Of a DNA stretch of 64,000 nucleotides, positions 17,290 through 27,114 are shown piece after piece. Position numbers and translations under genes: made by a program. The first letter of the stretch is position 1, and each line of letters opens with the position of its first letter. Under the pieces are notes generated by a model, which saw only the letters and a list, made by a program, of their open reading frames with translations, ran no database searches and was not told where the DNA came from. The DNA is from an uncultured Candidatus Saccharibacteria bacterium (GTDB taxonomy: Bacteria > Patescibacteriota > CALEFQ01 > G965231055), in assembly GCA_965231055.1 (NCBI GenBank), contig OZ246411.1, forward strand, positions 116,711 through 180,710, in the 5' to 3' direction.

Positions 17290-17395
17290 AATTAGTAATC
17301 AGTTCTCAGTGATCAGCATTCACACTAACTATTGGCAATCAGCCTTCGGCAACTAATAGCTGAATACTGAAAGCTGAACACTCAATCCACTTATC
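17290..17395. repeat. Family-A repeat copy
   Basis: taatcagttctcagtgatcag ... gctgaatactgaaagctgaacact. Confidence 0.55.
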
Positions 17396-17525
17396 CCCAG
17401 TTTTTATCATAGACATAAAAATCACGAGTGATAAAATATAGTTGTTGATAAAACATATCAGCACACGAGCCAAGAAAACGGCTCTTTTTATTTTACCAAT
17501 GCCCTATCGGGCAAGGAGGTGCACA

Positions 17526-18302
17526 GTGAAAAAGTTTTACTTGATCATGATCGCATTGAGTTTTTTGAAAGTTTTCACATCGATCCCAAGTGCTTTCTGC
17601 GGAGAATCCATTGATATTGGAGACATCACGCTCGAGGACAGATCAGGACTCTACACTTACATTCCTTTCGGCGAATATGTCCAGTTCAGATTCGGAACAG
17701 ATACCAAAAACCGCTTCTACATGAGGCACGACGGCAATGATGCATGTTTCTACAGTTACAAAGGCGGTTTCAAATTCCAAAATACTATCTACACTATGGA
17801 CATCAAGCCACGTCACAACAATACCTACGCACTCGGTACTTCAAGTTTTCGCTACACCAGCTTGTGGCTCACGGGATCAGTGCATTGTTCAAACGGAGAC
17901 GTCGCGGAATTTTTCAACACATCTGGATGGGCATCTATTAAACCAGGAGATGTCGTGGAAATTGATCCGGATGAAGAAGGAAGTTTGCGTCTTTGCGAAA
18001 CTGCAAATTCCAAATTGGTTGCTGGAGTGTGTTCCACAGATCCGGGAATCAAACTTGGAGAAGAAAACCACAGATCTACATTTGACATCCCACTTGCACT
18101 TTCTGGCACAGTTCCATGCAATGTCACAGACGAAGGTGGCACCATCACTCCAGGAGACTTGCTCACGAGCTCCTCCACCCAAGGACACGCCATGAAATTC
18201 GACTTCAAGAAACACGGCGCAACTGGTACAATTATCGGAAAAGCTCTCGAAAAGCATGAATCCGGCAAAGGTAAAATCAAAATCCTCGTATTCCTACATT
18301 AG
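17526..18302 (+). CDS. Secreted hypothetical protein (GTG start, signal peptide)
   Basis: AAGGAGG RBS 8 nt before GTG at 17526. N-terminal signal-like VKKFYLIMIALSFLKVFTSIPSAFC. Local GC is elevated, shown by many overlapping ORFs on both strands. Confidence 0.5.
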   Translation: MKKFYLIMIALSFLKVFTSIPSAFCGESIDIGDITLEDRSGLYTYIPFGEYVQFRFGTDTKNRFYMRHDGNDACFYSYKGGFKFQNTIYTMDIKPRHNNTYALGTSSFRYTSLWLTGSVHCSNGDVAEFFNTSGWASIKPGDVVEIDPDEEGSLRLCETANSKLVAGVCSTDPGIKLGEENHRSTFDIPLALSGTVPCNVTDEGGTITPGDLLTSSSTQGHAMKFDFKKHGATGTIIGKALEKHESGKGKIKILVFLH

Positions 18303-18408
18303 GAATAATCCCCCAAAACACCACGCCAAGGTACCCCGTCTTGTTTTCTGTTAAAGCAAGACGGGATCCCTTAAAAAATATTTTTTAAATAAAACTAATA
18401 CAACAAAA

Positions 18409-19182
18409 ATGAAAAACACACACTATCTACTAATTGCGATTTTGGCAGCAGTTGTAGTTGGGACAACTGTGTGGTTTGCAACCAAAGCACAAAACGGCAA
18501 AACCGAATCCAACTCAAATACAGAAACTCAAACCCAAACTCTTTCTAACTACAATACGGATAATTACGACTATGACTTGTCCTTAGTACTCGAGAATGGC
18601 AAATTTAAAGATTATTCTCTTATTAGAACAAGCAAAAAAATTAATCAAGAAGAAACTGTGATTAAAAGCATAAGCGATGCTATATCTCAAATACAGCAAG
18701 ACAACAAATACACACTTTCTTTATTGGCAGAGCCCTCGGGATCAAATAAAATATATTTCCAAGAGATAGTTTATGGAAGCGATGCGCCATCTAGAGATAT
18801 TTTCGCTTTTAATGTAAATGAAAATAAATTTACCAAACTTACATCAAGTGAAATAGCAAAGGGCCTCGCATTTGTAAAAGTGTCGCCTGACCAAAAAATG
18901 TTATTCTCCAAACCAGCAGATGATCAAAATGGTAATGACCAAATATTATATTTAGTGGATTTAGACAAAGATAAATACGAAGCCATAGTAAATCTAACTG
19001 GAAACGAAACTCTAAACGCTGGAAGATACGCTATGTCTAGCTATTCAGATATAAAATGGATAGACAACAACAAAATTCAGTATGCGGTCTATGATCAATC
19101 AAAAAAACCAGCTGGAGAATATGACGCAACTTCAATTTTAGACGATCTCTTTATTGAAAATCGAGAAGTTATAATCAAATAA
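18409..19182 (+). CDS. Membrane-anchored hypothetical protein (N-terminal TM, possible beta-propeller-like ectodomain)
   Basis: N-terminal TM LLIAILAAVVVGTTVWFA, with the remainder hydrophilic. Confidence 0.5.
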   Translation: MKNTHYLLIAILAAVVVGTTVWFATKAQNGKTESNSNTETQTQTLSNYNTDNYDYDLSLVLENGKFKDYSLIRTSKKINQEETVIKSISDAISQIQQDNKYTLSLLAEPSGSNKIYFQEIVYGSDAPSRDIFAFNVNENKFTKLTSSEIAKGLAFVKVSPDQKMLFSKPADDQNGNDQILYLVDLDKDKYEAIVNLTGNETLNAGRYAMSSYSDIKWIDNNKIQYAVYDQSKKPAGEYDATSILDDLFIENREVIIK

Positions 19183-19256
19183 TAGTTATATTTAAAACAT
19201 ATAACATAGTTAATTCAATAGTGTTCTTTTAACAATTCATCCAAAAGGAGGATCCC

Positions 19257-19877
19257 ATGAAGTTCTTAAAAGTTATTGCGTTTTGCTTCATTGCCGTGGT
19301 TCTTATTTCAGTAACCGAGCAGGCCAAAGCGGCACACTGCATCATTCTTCCCGTGGGAAATCCTGACACTTTTCCGTCAGATGGGTTTTCCATCTCCCAA
19401 ACATTTAGAGCATATTGGGAGCCCTACGGAATACACAGCGGAATTGATATCAGCAATGGACGCTCGGGAGATCCGATCCATGCAATAGATGACGGAGTGG
19501 TAACCTACTCTCTCGTGAATTGCACCCAAGGCACCGGCTGGGGAACTATTGTACGAATAAAACATCAGTTACCAGATGGAGCATACTATTATTCCCAATA
19601 TGCACACATGCTATGCGGTGAATATGTAGTGCCGCAGGGACAAACTGTCCGAATGGGAGATCTAGTTGGATATGTCGGAAACACAGGAATGTCATCTGGA
19701 CCACACCTACACTTTGAAATCAAAAACCACAATACCAGCGGATCCGGATACTACAGCACAGATCCACTCAGCCTTGGTTTCTACGATCCCTTTCCGTTTA
19801 TTCTTAACGAAAGAGACTGTTCAAACCAAGAGTGTGACTGTTTCACTCCCCCTTGCGGATGTATTGAGTACAACTAA
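19257..19877 (+). CDS. Secreted M23/LytM-family metallopeptidase
   Basis: RBS AAAAGGAGG plus a signal peptide. HSGIDIS..D (HxxxD) and GNTGMSSGPHLHFEI (HxH) motifs. Cys-rich C-terminus. Confidence 0.85.
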   Translation: MKFLKVIAFCFIAVVLISVTEQAKAAHCIILPVGNPDTFPSDGFSISQTFRAYWEPYGIHSGIDISNGRSGDPIHAIDDGVVTYSLVNCTQGTGWGTIVRIKHQLPDGAYYYSQYAHMLCGEYVVPQGQTVRMGDLVGYVGNTGMSSGPHLHFEIKNHNTSGSGYYSTDPLSLGFYDPFPFILNERDCSNQECDCFTPPCGCIEYN

Positions 19878-19985
19878 GTTCATTTTTTATCAAGTCAAGG
19901 AAAACCAAGCCCACAAAGCTTGGTTTTCCTCATTAAAAAAGAGCTGTGCATCAAACGGCACAGCTCTCAAAATAACACCGAACGT

Positions 19986-20390
19986 TCAAGCGTCAATTTC
20001 CAATTCACCAGAAAAGGAATGATTATTGGGACAAATAGTAAACCATGATTCTAAGGATCCCTGCTTATTGTACGTCAGGTAGGATACAGCCATCAATACG
20101 CCCCCGTGGTAGACATAGCAGCCCGAAGCCACGCCAAGAACAACCATCCTCGACTCAAAATTCACGAACAAACTGGTGATCATTCCGTGAATTGCAATAT
20201 TTGGGGAATCATGAGGCAAAAACTTGAAAGTTTTGCCGACAACAAATCTCCCATCATTAACAACCCTGTATTTGCTCTTGAAACCAATGACTTGAAAAGC
20301 TTGAGAAAGAACATCCTCTTTTACTTTCGACACTTTGCACCTCCTCCAAATATGATTTGCAACATTGCAAATATATCTATTTACTATCAT
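19986..20390 (-). CDS. Hypothetical protein (134 aa), convergent with the M23 peptidase
   Basis: Listed ORF begins at TTG. The first ATG (MIVNRYI...) is preceded by AAGGGG. The overlapping + strand ORF 20106..20411 is an alternative. Confidence 0.3.
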   Translation of the reverse strand: MIVNRYICNVANHIWRRCKVSKVKEDVLSQAFQVIGFKSKYRVVNDGRFVVGKTFKFLPHDSPNIAIHGMITSLFVNFESRMVVLGVASGCYVYHGGVLMAVSYLTYNKQGSLESWFTICPNNHSFSGELEIDA

Positions 20391-20420
20391 ATCAGGCCCC
20401 TTTGTCAATAAAATTTACGC

Positions 20421-20449
20421 TTGACAGAGGAAAAAAAAGCATATAGTAT
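20421..20449 (+). promoter_or_regulatory. Sigma70-like promoter upstream of rpsF (TTGACA-N17-TAGTAT)
   Basis: Exact -35 hexamer and a reasonable -10. A hairpin with T-run at 20553..20577 follows within the leader. Confidence 0.5.
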
Positions 20450-20612
20450 GTATTTGTCGGCGTGAAATATCGCTAGGCAAACCCCTCGAGCTACCCTCAT
20501 TAACTAAGTAGCTCAAAACAGCTATAAAACGAACAAAGTTTGTAGCTTCATGCCAGGGTTTTGCCCTGCATTTTTTATTCTATAGACACTTTTTATTTTA
20601 TAAATCACAAAA

Positions 20613-21203
20613 ATGTACGAAATTATTTACATTGTATCTCCAAAATTGGAAGACAAAGAAGTACCAGCAGTATGCACACAGCTAGAAAAAATTGTTACAG
20701 ACAAAGGCGGAAAAATCATCCAGAAATTTGATTTGGGAAAAAGAAAAATAGCTACCCCTATAAACAATTTTAGACACGGTAGTTACTTTATCGTTCAGTT
20801 TGATTTGGAATCAGCAAAAATTAGTGAAGTGGAAAAAGAAATCAAATTGATTGAACAGATCATCAGATACATGCCTATAAGCTATGACAAAGCAACTTTG
20901 GACAAAATGAAAGCCCAGAAATCAAAGGTAAAACTACTCACTGATCCAGTTACAGAAAACGATAACGTAGCAGAAAAAGCACCCGAAATCAAAAAAGCGG
21001 AAGTCAAGAAACCAAAAGAGGAAAAAGCTAAACCAGCCAAAGTAGAGACACAGAAAAAGCTTTCAACTGCTGACAAAGAAAAAGCACTTGAAATGGGAAC
21101 TGCTGGAGAAGAAAAGACAGAAGAAAAATCTTCTAAACCAAAGGTAAACCAGAAAGAGCTTGATGAAAAATTGAACGAAATATTGGATGACGATCTAATA
21201 TAG
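20613..21203 (+). CDS. rpsF: 30S ribosomal protein S6 with a ~100-aa Lys/Glu-rich C-terminal extension
   Basis: The N-terminal ~95 aa match S6 (MYEIIYIVSPKL..., YFIVQF). rpsF-ssb-rpsR synteny. Confidence 0.85.
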   Translation: MYEIIYIVSPKLEDKEVPAVCTQLEKIVTDKGGKIIQKFDLGKRKIATPINNFRHGSYFIVQFDLESAKISEVEKEIKLIEQIIRYMPISYDKATLDKMKAQKSKVKLLTDPVTENDNVAEKAPEIKKAEVKKPKEEKAKPAKVETQKKLSTADKEKALEMGTAGEEKTEEKSSKPKVNQKELDEKLNEILDDDLI

Positions 21204-21260
21204 TTTATTTATTTAAATGTCCCCGTCCAAGGAGGGAGACGAAGAAGGAGAATTAAAAAA

Positions 21261-21710
21261 ATGAACCTCAACAAAGTCATGCTAATCGGTAGACTCACCC
21301 AAGATCCAGAGGCGAGAACTACCCCAAACGGTCAACAAGTCACCTCATTTTCGGTGGCAACAAACAAAGTCTGGATCGATAAGTCTGGACAAAAGCAAGA
21401 AAAAACCGAGTTTCACAATGTGGTTGTATGGGGAAAGCTCGCTGAAACTATGGGAAAGTTCCTTGTAAAGGGACAAGAAGTTTGCGTAGAAGGAAGCTTG
21501 CAAACACGATCATGGGAAGCGCAAGATGGAGTAAAAAAATACCGCACCGAAATTGTTGGTAGCAAAGTAGAGATGGGTCAGAAACCAGCAGGTGCAAAAT
21601 CCAATTCCGCTCCAAAGCAGCAAAAAGCTCAAGAATCCAAACCAGCTCAAGAATCACCAAAATCAGCTCCGGCAGAAGAAGAGATAAACATAGAAGACAT
21701 TCCTTTTTAA
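21261..21710 (+). CDS. ssb: Single-stranded DNA-binding protein
   Basis: OB-fold N-terminus (MLIGRLTQDPE...FSVA) and the acidic C-terminal tip DIPF. Confidence 0.9.
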   Translation: MNLNKVMLIGRLTQDPEARTTPNGQQVTSFSVATNKVWIDKSGQKQEKTEFHNVVVWGKLAETMGKFLVKGQEVCVEGSLQTRSWEAQDGVKKYRTEIVGSKVEMGQKPAGAKSNSAPKQQKAQESKPAQESPKSAPAEEEINIEDIPF

Positions 21711-21773
21711 TAAACTATGAGCATCTCGGGTGATATTTCGCCCGAGAGACCTATAATTTATTTATCAATATAT

Positions 21774-21992
21774 ATGACACAAACTAGAAAAAATCTAAAA
21801 CCATGTTACTTTTGCGATGAGAAAATAGACTACATTGATTACAAAGACAAAGCTGTGTACAAATTTCTATCTCCTTACGCAAAAATTCTTCCTCGAAGAA
21901 AAACAGGAACCTGTGCGAAACACCAAAGAAAAGTAGCTCAAGCAGCAAAAAGAGCAAGATACATAGGATTCATGCCTTTTTCAGTAAAATAA
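21774..21992 (+). CDS. rpsR: 30S ribosomal protein S18
   Basis: CYFCDEKIDYIDYKD...RRKTGTCAKHQRKVAQAAKRARYIGFMPF. The alternative upstream start at 21717 would add 19 non-conserved residues. Confidence 0.8.
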   Translation: MTQTRKNLKPCYFCDEKIDYIDYKDKAVYKFLSPYAKILPRRKTGTCAKHQRKVAQAAKRARYIGFMPFSVK

Positions 21993-22007
21993 AGACTACC
22001 TAATTTT

Positions 22008-22577
22008 ATGCTAAACATATCAGATCTAAAAACTGGTCGTTGCATAGTACACAAAGGTGAACCACACGAAATTGTAAAAGCTGAACATAGTATCAGAGGT
22101 AGAGGTGGAGCCGTACTAAAGACCAAACTAAAAAATTTGAAAACAGGAGGCATGCTGGATGAAACATTTCAGGGAAATGATAATGCCGAAGAAGCAGAGC
22201 TAGAGACAGTAAAGGCAACCTATCTTTACAAAGATGAAGATAAATTTGTTTTTATGGATGAAGCTTCATATGAGCAATTTGAACTCAACGAAAAACAAAT
22301 CGGAGACTATAAGAATTATATTATAGAGCAATCACCGGTAAAACTACTTAAATTTGAAGGACAACCAATAAAGCTAGAACTTCCTATAAAGATGGATTTC
22401 AGAGTTATAGAAGCACCTCCTGGAGTAAAAGGAAACACAGCCGCGCAAGGAGGAGGAAACAAGGAAGTTACAATAGAGACAGGAATGAAAGTTGCAACTC
22501 CCCTATTCATCAAAGAAGGCGATGTAATAAGAGTAAACACAGAAGACGGAAGCTATGTAGAAAGAGCCAATCAATAA
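22008..22577 (+). CDS. efp: Elongation factor P
   Basis: 189 aa with GRGGAVLKTKLKNLKTG (the modifiable Lys loop) and three OB-like domains. Confidence 0.9.
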   Translation: MLNISDLKTGRCIVHKGEPHEIVKAEHSIRGRGGAVLKTKLKNLKTGGMLDETFQGNDNAEEAELETVKATYLYKDEDKFVFMDEASYEQFELNEKQIGDYKNYIIEQSPVKLLKFEGQPIKLELPIKMDFRVIEAPPGVKGNTAAQGGGNKEVTIETGMKVATPLFIKEGDVIRVNTEDGSYVERANQ

Positions 22578-22616
22578 TCTCAAGAAAGGCGCAGAAATGC
22601 GCCTTTTTATAAGACT

Positions 22617-22940
22617 ATGCGAAAAAATCCAATCACCATTAATGAATCTTTTACCTGTGATTTTTGCGGAAAGCAGATACCACCCCATAATCATGGTAGT
22701 TGCAGAAACCACTGCCCTTTTTGCTTACATTCAAAACACGTAGATGGAACTATTCCGGGAGATAGATCATCGAATTGCAATGCACTAATGGAACCAGTAA
22801 GTATTGAGTACAATGGAAAAAAAGGTGAAATGATCATTTTTAGATGCACCAATTGCAAAAAAGAACACAAAAATAAAATAGCTCCAGATGATTCACGAGA
22901 AGCACTGGAGAAATTGGTGAAACAAAACTTAATGCAATAA
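22617..22940 (+). CDS. RNHCP-domain zinc-ribbon protein
   Basis: Signature CRNHCPFC plus additional CxxC pairs. Confidence 0.65.
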   Translation: MRKNPITINESFTCDFCGKQIPPHNHGSCRNHCPFCLHSKHVDGTIPGDRSSNCNALMEPVSIEYNGKKGEMIIFRCTNCKKEHKNKIAPDDSREALEKLVKQNLMQ

Positions 22941-22949
22941 GCATAAAAC

Positions 22950-22980
22950 AAAAGAGGCGCTAATAGAGCGCCTCTTTTTA
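22950..22980. terminator. Bidirectional intrinsic terminator between the convergent RNHCP gene and recA
   Basis: agaggcgc-taatag-gcgcctct with T/A runs on both sides. Confidence 0.6.
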
Positions 22981-22993
22981 TATTCATTTCGTA

Positions 22994-24058
22994 TTAGCTC
23001 GCTTTTTTATCTTCCGCTTCTTTATTCTTCGAAGCTTCTCTGATTTCTTTTTCTATTGTCTCCGAAATATCTTTATGTTCTCTTAGGAATTTTTTAGCAG
23101 ATTCTCTTCCCTGTCCGATCTTTTCTCCCTTATACTCAAACCATGATCCAGCTTTACCTACAACATTGTACACCAAACCGATATCTACCAGATCACCCTC
23201 TTTTGAGATTCCTTCATTGTACATAATATCAAATTCGGCGAGCTGAAATGGAGGAGCTACTTTGTTTTTTACTATTTTTACTTTATGTCTTCCTCCCAAA
23301 AGCTTATCACCTTGTTTGATCTGAGCTTTGCGTCGTATTTCTATTCTGACCGATGAGTAAAATTTCAAAGCTTTTCCGCCAGTTGTTGTTTCTGGATTTC
23401 CAAACATAACACCGATATTCATCCTTATCTGGTTTAGAAATACTACCGTGGTCTTGCTCTTGCTCACTATAGCGGTAAGCTTTCTAAGTGCCTGACTCAT
23501 AAGCCTAGCGTGAAGTCCCATGTGTGAATCTCCCATATCTCCCTCTATTTCGGCTCTAGGAGTGAGTGCTGCCACGGAGTCAATAACTATAAGATCTATA
23601 GCGTTTGACCTAACTAGCGTCTCAACGATATCTAGCGCCTGTTCTCCAGTGTCTGGCTGAGAGATAAGCAAATCATCGATATTTACACCTGTTTTCTTAG
23701 CATATCCAGGATCTAACGCATGTTCTGCGTCTATAAACGCAGCTACTCCACCTCTTTTTTGTGTCTCAGCAATAATATGCTGTGCAAGGGTGGTTTTTCC
23801 AGAGCTTTCAGGGCCAAATATTTCTATAACTCTTCCCTTTGGAATTCCTCCTACACCCAAAGCTAAATCCAACGAAAGAGATCCTGTAGGCGTGGACTCT
23901 ACATTCATCTTCTTGGCTTCACCTAGTTTCATAATAGCGCCATCACCAAATCTTTCCTTGATTTGATCAATAGCAGCTTCCTGGGCTCTTACCTTACCTT
24001 GGTTTTCTGGTTGTTTTTTGGAGGAGGGCTCACTTGTTTGCTTTTTTTTCTTGACCAT
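22994..24058 (-). CDS. recA: Recombinase RecA
   Basis: [11 protein letters not shown]alker A. The full core is conserved ([35 protein letters not shown]). Confidence 0.95.
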   Translation of the reverse strand: MVKKKKQTSEPSSKKQPENQGKVRAQEAAIDQIKERFGDGAIMKLGEAKKMNVESTPTGSLSLDLALGVGGIPKGRVIEIFGPESSGKTTLAQHIIAETQKRGGVAAFIDAEHALDPGYAKKTGVNIDDLLISQPDTGEQALDIVETLVRSNAIDLIVIDSVAALTPRAEIEGDMGDSHMGLHARLMSQALRKLTAIVSKSKTTVVFLNQIRMNIGVMFGNPETTTGGKALKFYSSVRIEIRRKAQIKQGDKLLGGRHKVKIVKNKVAPPFQLAEFDIMYNEGISKEGDLVDIGLVYNVVGKAGSWFEYKGEKIGQGRESAKKFLREHKDISETIEKEIREASKNKEAEDKKAS

Positions 24059-24104
24059 TGTTGTTTTCCTCCTTCCCGCGTAGCGGGATTAAATAAATAA
24101 TATT

Positions 24105-24205
24105 TTAAATTTTAGAAGTCTTAGAGGTATTAGAAGAATTAACTCTCTTCTTCTAATAATACTATTGCCTCTATTACTAATAACTCCATAACCTAACACC
24201 TAAAA
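24105..24205. repeat. Family-B repeat copy with a nested inverted repeat, located between recA and the RodZ-like gene
   Basis: tagaggtattagaagaa...ttcttctaat...cctcta, followed by ataacctaacacctaaaaac (rc of the GGTTTTAGGTGTTAGGTTAT unit). Confidence 0.55.
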
Positions 24206-24206
24206 A

Positions 24207-25193
24207 CTACCTGCTAGCCACTGGTTTTGATGCATCAAATTCTTTGTCCATAATTTCAGAATCAGAGTCTCCCAATCTGCCAACATCTTTGCCATTGAAA
24301 GTTAGATATGTAACGGATGGTTTTCCTGATGAAATTTTTATATTTTCGTTCGCACCAATCACTTTTTTATCATCCGGCATCAGTATGTCAGAAAAAACAT
24401 TTTTGCCATCAGCTTCAAGTGAAATCCAAGCCGCTTCCCTGACAGAGACTTCCAATTCAATCTGATCATTTTTTTCTTTGCTAGACTTTTTTTCTACTAG
24501 GTTTGAAGATGATCCACTTTTGAATATTGTTCTTTCTATCTTCGTTTCTTTTTCAAATTTATTTTTCGCAATAATTTCAAAGCTGTTTATACCATCTGCC
24601 AAATCTATTGTTTTCGCAAAGGCACCATCTTTTTCTACGAACACTTTTTGTCCGTTTATATAAATTTCGGAATCGGAATCGCTAATTTTTCCTTTAAATA
24701 CGGTTTGAAAATCTGAAGTTTCAATCTTATCTCCAGGGCTTTCAAGCTCTATAATCGGAGCACTGGTGAAACTAGAAATAGCAACACCAAGATAAATAAT
24801 TGCGGTAACTACTATAGCCCCTATCAAACCAATTTTGATAAATCTCGGGTTCAAAACAGCGAAAGAAAACTTCATTGGTTTGGCTATTTTGAATGGCTTC
24901 TTTTCTTTTTCTATATTTTTCTTTATACCGCTTTCTTTTTTCAGAAGTTTCAATGCTCTTCTTGAATCTAGCCTCAGATATTCAGCATAATTTTTCACAA
25001 ATCCTTGGACATAAACATCAGCTGGAAGTTTGGAATTGTTTCCTTCTTCCAGTCCCTGTAAAAATGACTTGGGCACCTTGATGTCGTGCGCTACTTCTTC
25101 TAGCTCAACACCCATCTCTTCTCTTTTATGCCTCAGCCACTCTCCCAAGGATTGTCCGGTGTTTAATTTTTGTGTTACGAAACCGCTTACCAT
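24207..25193 (-). CDS. RodZ-like protein (N-terminal HTH, single TM, C-terminal DUF4115-like domain)
   Basis: HTH_XRE-like N-terminus (GEWLRHKREEMGVELEEVAHDIKVPKSFLQGLEEG) and TM IGLIGAIVVTAIIYLGVAI. Confidence 0.55.
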   Translation of the reverse strand: MVSGFVTQKLNTGQSLGEWLRHKREEMGVELEEVAHDIKVPKSFLQGLEEGNNSKLPADVYVQGFVKNYAEYLRLDSRRALKLLKKESGIKKNIEKEKKPFKIAKPMKFSFAVLNPRFIKIGLIGAIVVTAIIYLGVAISSFTSAPIIELESPGDKIETSDFQTVFKGKISDSDSEIYINGQKVFVEKDGAFAKTIDLADGINSFEIIAKNKFEKETKIERTIFKSGSSSNLVEKKSSKEKNDQIELEVSVREAAWISLEADGKNVFSDILMPDDKKVIGANENIKISSGKPSVTYLTFNGKDVGRLGDSDSEIMDKEFDASKPVASR

Positions 25194-25200
25194 ATAAATA

Positions 25201-25270
25201 TTAAGTAATCAGTATTCAGTTTTCAGTTGCACATTATTGAATACTGAATATTGAATACTGATCGCTTCCA
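25201..25270. repeat. Family-A repeat copy (near-perfect inverted repeat)
   Basis: cagtattcagttttcag ... tgaatactgaatattgaatactgatcgct. Confidence 0.65.
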
Positions 25271-25458
25271 ATATAAAACAGCACTATTTTGCGCTGCGAA
25301 TTGTATTTTTTTTGTATTTTTGTTTGTATAAATTATAACAAAATCAGCTAATACGGTCAAATAGCCAAATTGGTGAAAAAATACAACAAACAAGGATTAA
25401 TAAGCTTTGCCAAGATTGGCTTAATTCAATAAAAAATGATACTATTTATTAGAAAAAC

Positions 25459-27048
25459 ATGGAACAAACACAAAAATACAAACCCGTAGTTTTAATAATC
25501 CTAGATGGCTGGGGAGTCAGTTTGAGTCCAAGCGGAAACGCCATAATGACAGCAAAGACTCCAAATATGGATGCGCTAGAACGAAACTACCCCTTCATGA
25601 CACTTCAAGCGTCGGGAATCGCGGTGGGATTACCATGGGGAGAAGTTGGTAATTCAGAAGTGGGACACCTAAATCTCGGCGCAGGATTTGTGAGATATCA
25701 AGATCTTCCAAGAATCACCATGGAAATACAGAATGGTAGTTTTTTTGAAAACAAAGTATTGGTAAAAGCGATAGAAAAAGCAAAAGAAAAAAACACATCA
25801 CTTCATCTCATGGGATTGCTCGGTAATGGAAATGTACATAGTAGCATGGAGCATCTTGAGGCATTAATAGAATTATGCAGAAAACAAAAAATGAAAAATG
25901 TTTTCTTGCACCTTTTTACGGACGGTAGAGATACTGCACCTCAAAGCTCACTAATATTTCTAAAGGAATTAAATAAAACTATTAAAAAATTTAGGACCAG
26001 CAAAATCGCATCTATCTGTGGAAGATATTATGCTATGGATAGAAATGAAAATTGGGATAGAACCCAAAAAGCATACGACGCCTTGCTTGGAAATTGTAAA
26101 AATCAATTCAAAAAACCAGAGCTCGCAATCAAATCTGGATATGACGAGGGAAAAACTGATGAGTACATGCCACCAGCAGTTATAACTGAAAAAGGAAATC
26201 CCATGGGTCCAATAAAAGATGGGGACTCTGTAATATTTTTTAACTACAGACCAGATAGAGCAAGACAAATTACAAAAGCATTTGTCCTACCTAGCTTCAA
26301 TAAATTTCCCATAACAGAAATGAAAGATTTGCATTTCGCAACTATGACAAAATATGATGATTCTTTACCGGTAGAAATTGCCTATGAAGAAGTTAGAATC
26401 GTAAATCCTCTAGCAAAAGTGATTTCAGATAAAGGAAAAAGGCAGCTTCACATAGCTGAAACCGAGAAATACGCCCATGTCACTTACTTTTTCAATGGAG
26501 GAAAAGAGGAAACTTATCCAGGAGAAAAGCATGTACTCATCCCCTCTCCCGCTGTATCAGACTACGCCACTAGGCCAGATATGAGTGCGAGGCTCATTGG
26601 AGACCGAGTCGTGAAAGAAATAGCAAAAGGGCAATATGATTTTGTATTGATAAATATAGCAAACCCAGACATGATCGGACACACAGGAAACATGAAACAA
26701 GCTATTACTGCGATAGAAGCAACAGATCAGGTACTCGGTCAAATAGTAAATGCCGTTCAAGAAATAGGAGGCACCGTAGTAATTACCGCTGATCACGGAA
26801 ACGCAGAAAATATGATGAATCTCCAAACAAAGGAAAACGACACAGAACATTCCACTTCAAATGTTCCCCTCTGTATCGTAGATAATCGATTCAAAAAACG
26901 CAATTCAGAAAAAGAAATTGTTACAGCCAAAGCAAACTCAGTAGGTATACTCGCGGATGTAGCTCCAACTGTGCTAGGACTAATGAACATAGAAAAACCA
27001 AAAGAAATGACAGGCACAGATTTGGTGAAAAGTTTGGGAATAGTGTAA
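25459..27048 (+). CDS. gpmI: 2,3-bisphosphoglycerate-independent phosphoglycerate mutase
   Basis: 529 aa. N-terminal VLIILDGWG and conserved phosphatase/transferase domains (ITADHGN). Confidence 0.9.
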   Translation: MEQTQKYKPVVLIILDGWGVSLSPSGNAIMTAKTPNMDALERNYPFMTLQASGIAVGLPWGEVGNSEVGHLNLGAGFVRYQDLPRITMEIQNGSFFENKVLVKAIEKAKEKNTSLHLMGLLGNGNVHSSMEHLEALIELCRKQKMKNVFLHLFTDGRDTAPQSSLIFLKELNKTIKKFRTSKIASICGRYYAMDRNENWDRTQKAYDALLGNCKNQFKKPELAIKSGYDEGKTDEYMPPAVITEKGNPMGPIKDGDSVIFFNYRPDRARQITKAFVLPSFNKFPITEMKDLHFATMTKYDDSLPVEIAYEEVRIVNPLAKVISDKGKRQLHIAETEKYAHVTYFFNGGKEETYPGEKHVLIPSPAVSDYATRPDMSARLIGDRVVKEIAKGQYDFVLINIANPDMIGHTGNMKQAITAIEATDQVLGQIVNAVQEIGGTVVITADHGNAENMMNLQTKENDTEHSTSNVPLCIVDNRFKKRNSEKEIVTAKANSVGILADVAPTVLGLMNIEKPKEMTGTDLVKSLGIV

Positions 27049-27065
27049 AAATTAAATCTTCAATA

Positions 27066-27097
27066 ATAAAAATGAACCTTTGCGGGTTCATTTTTAT
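27066..27097. terminator. Bidirectional intrinsic terminator between gpmI and ftsK
   Basis: aaaaatgaacc-tttgcg-ggttcattttt. Confidence 0.6.
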
Positions 27098-27114
27098 TAT
27101 ATTTATAGCAAATA

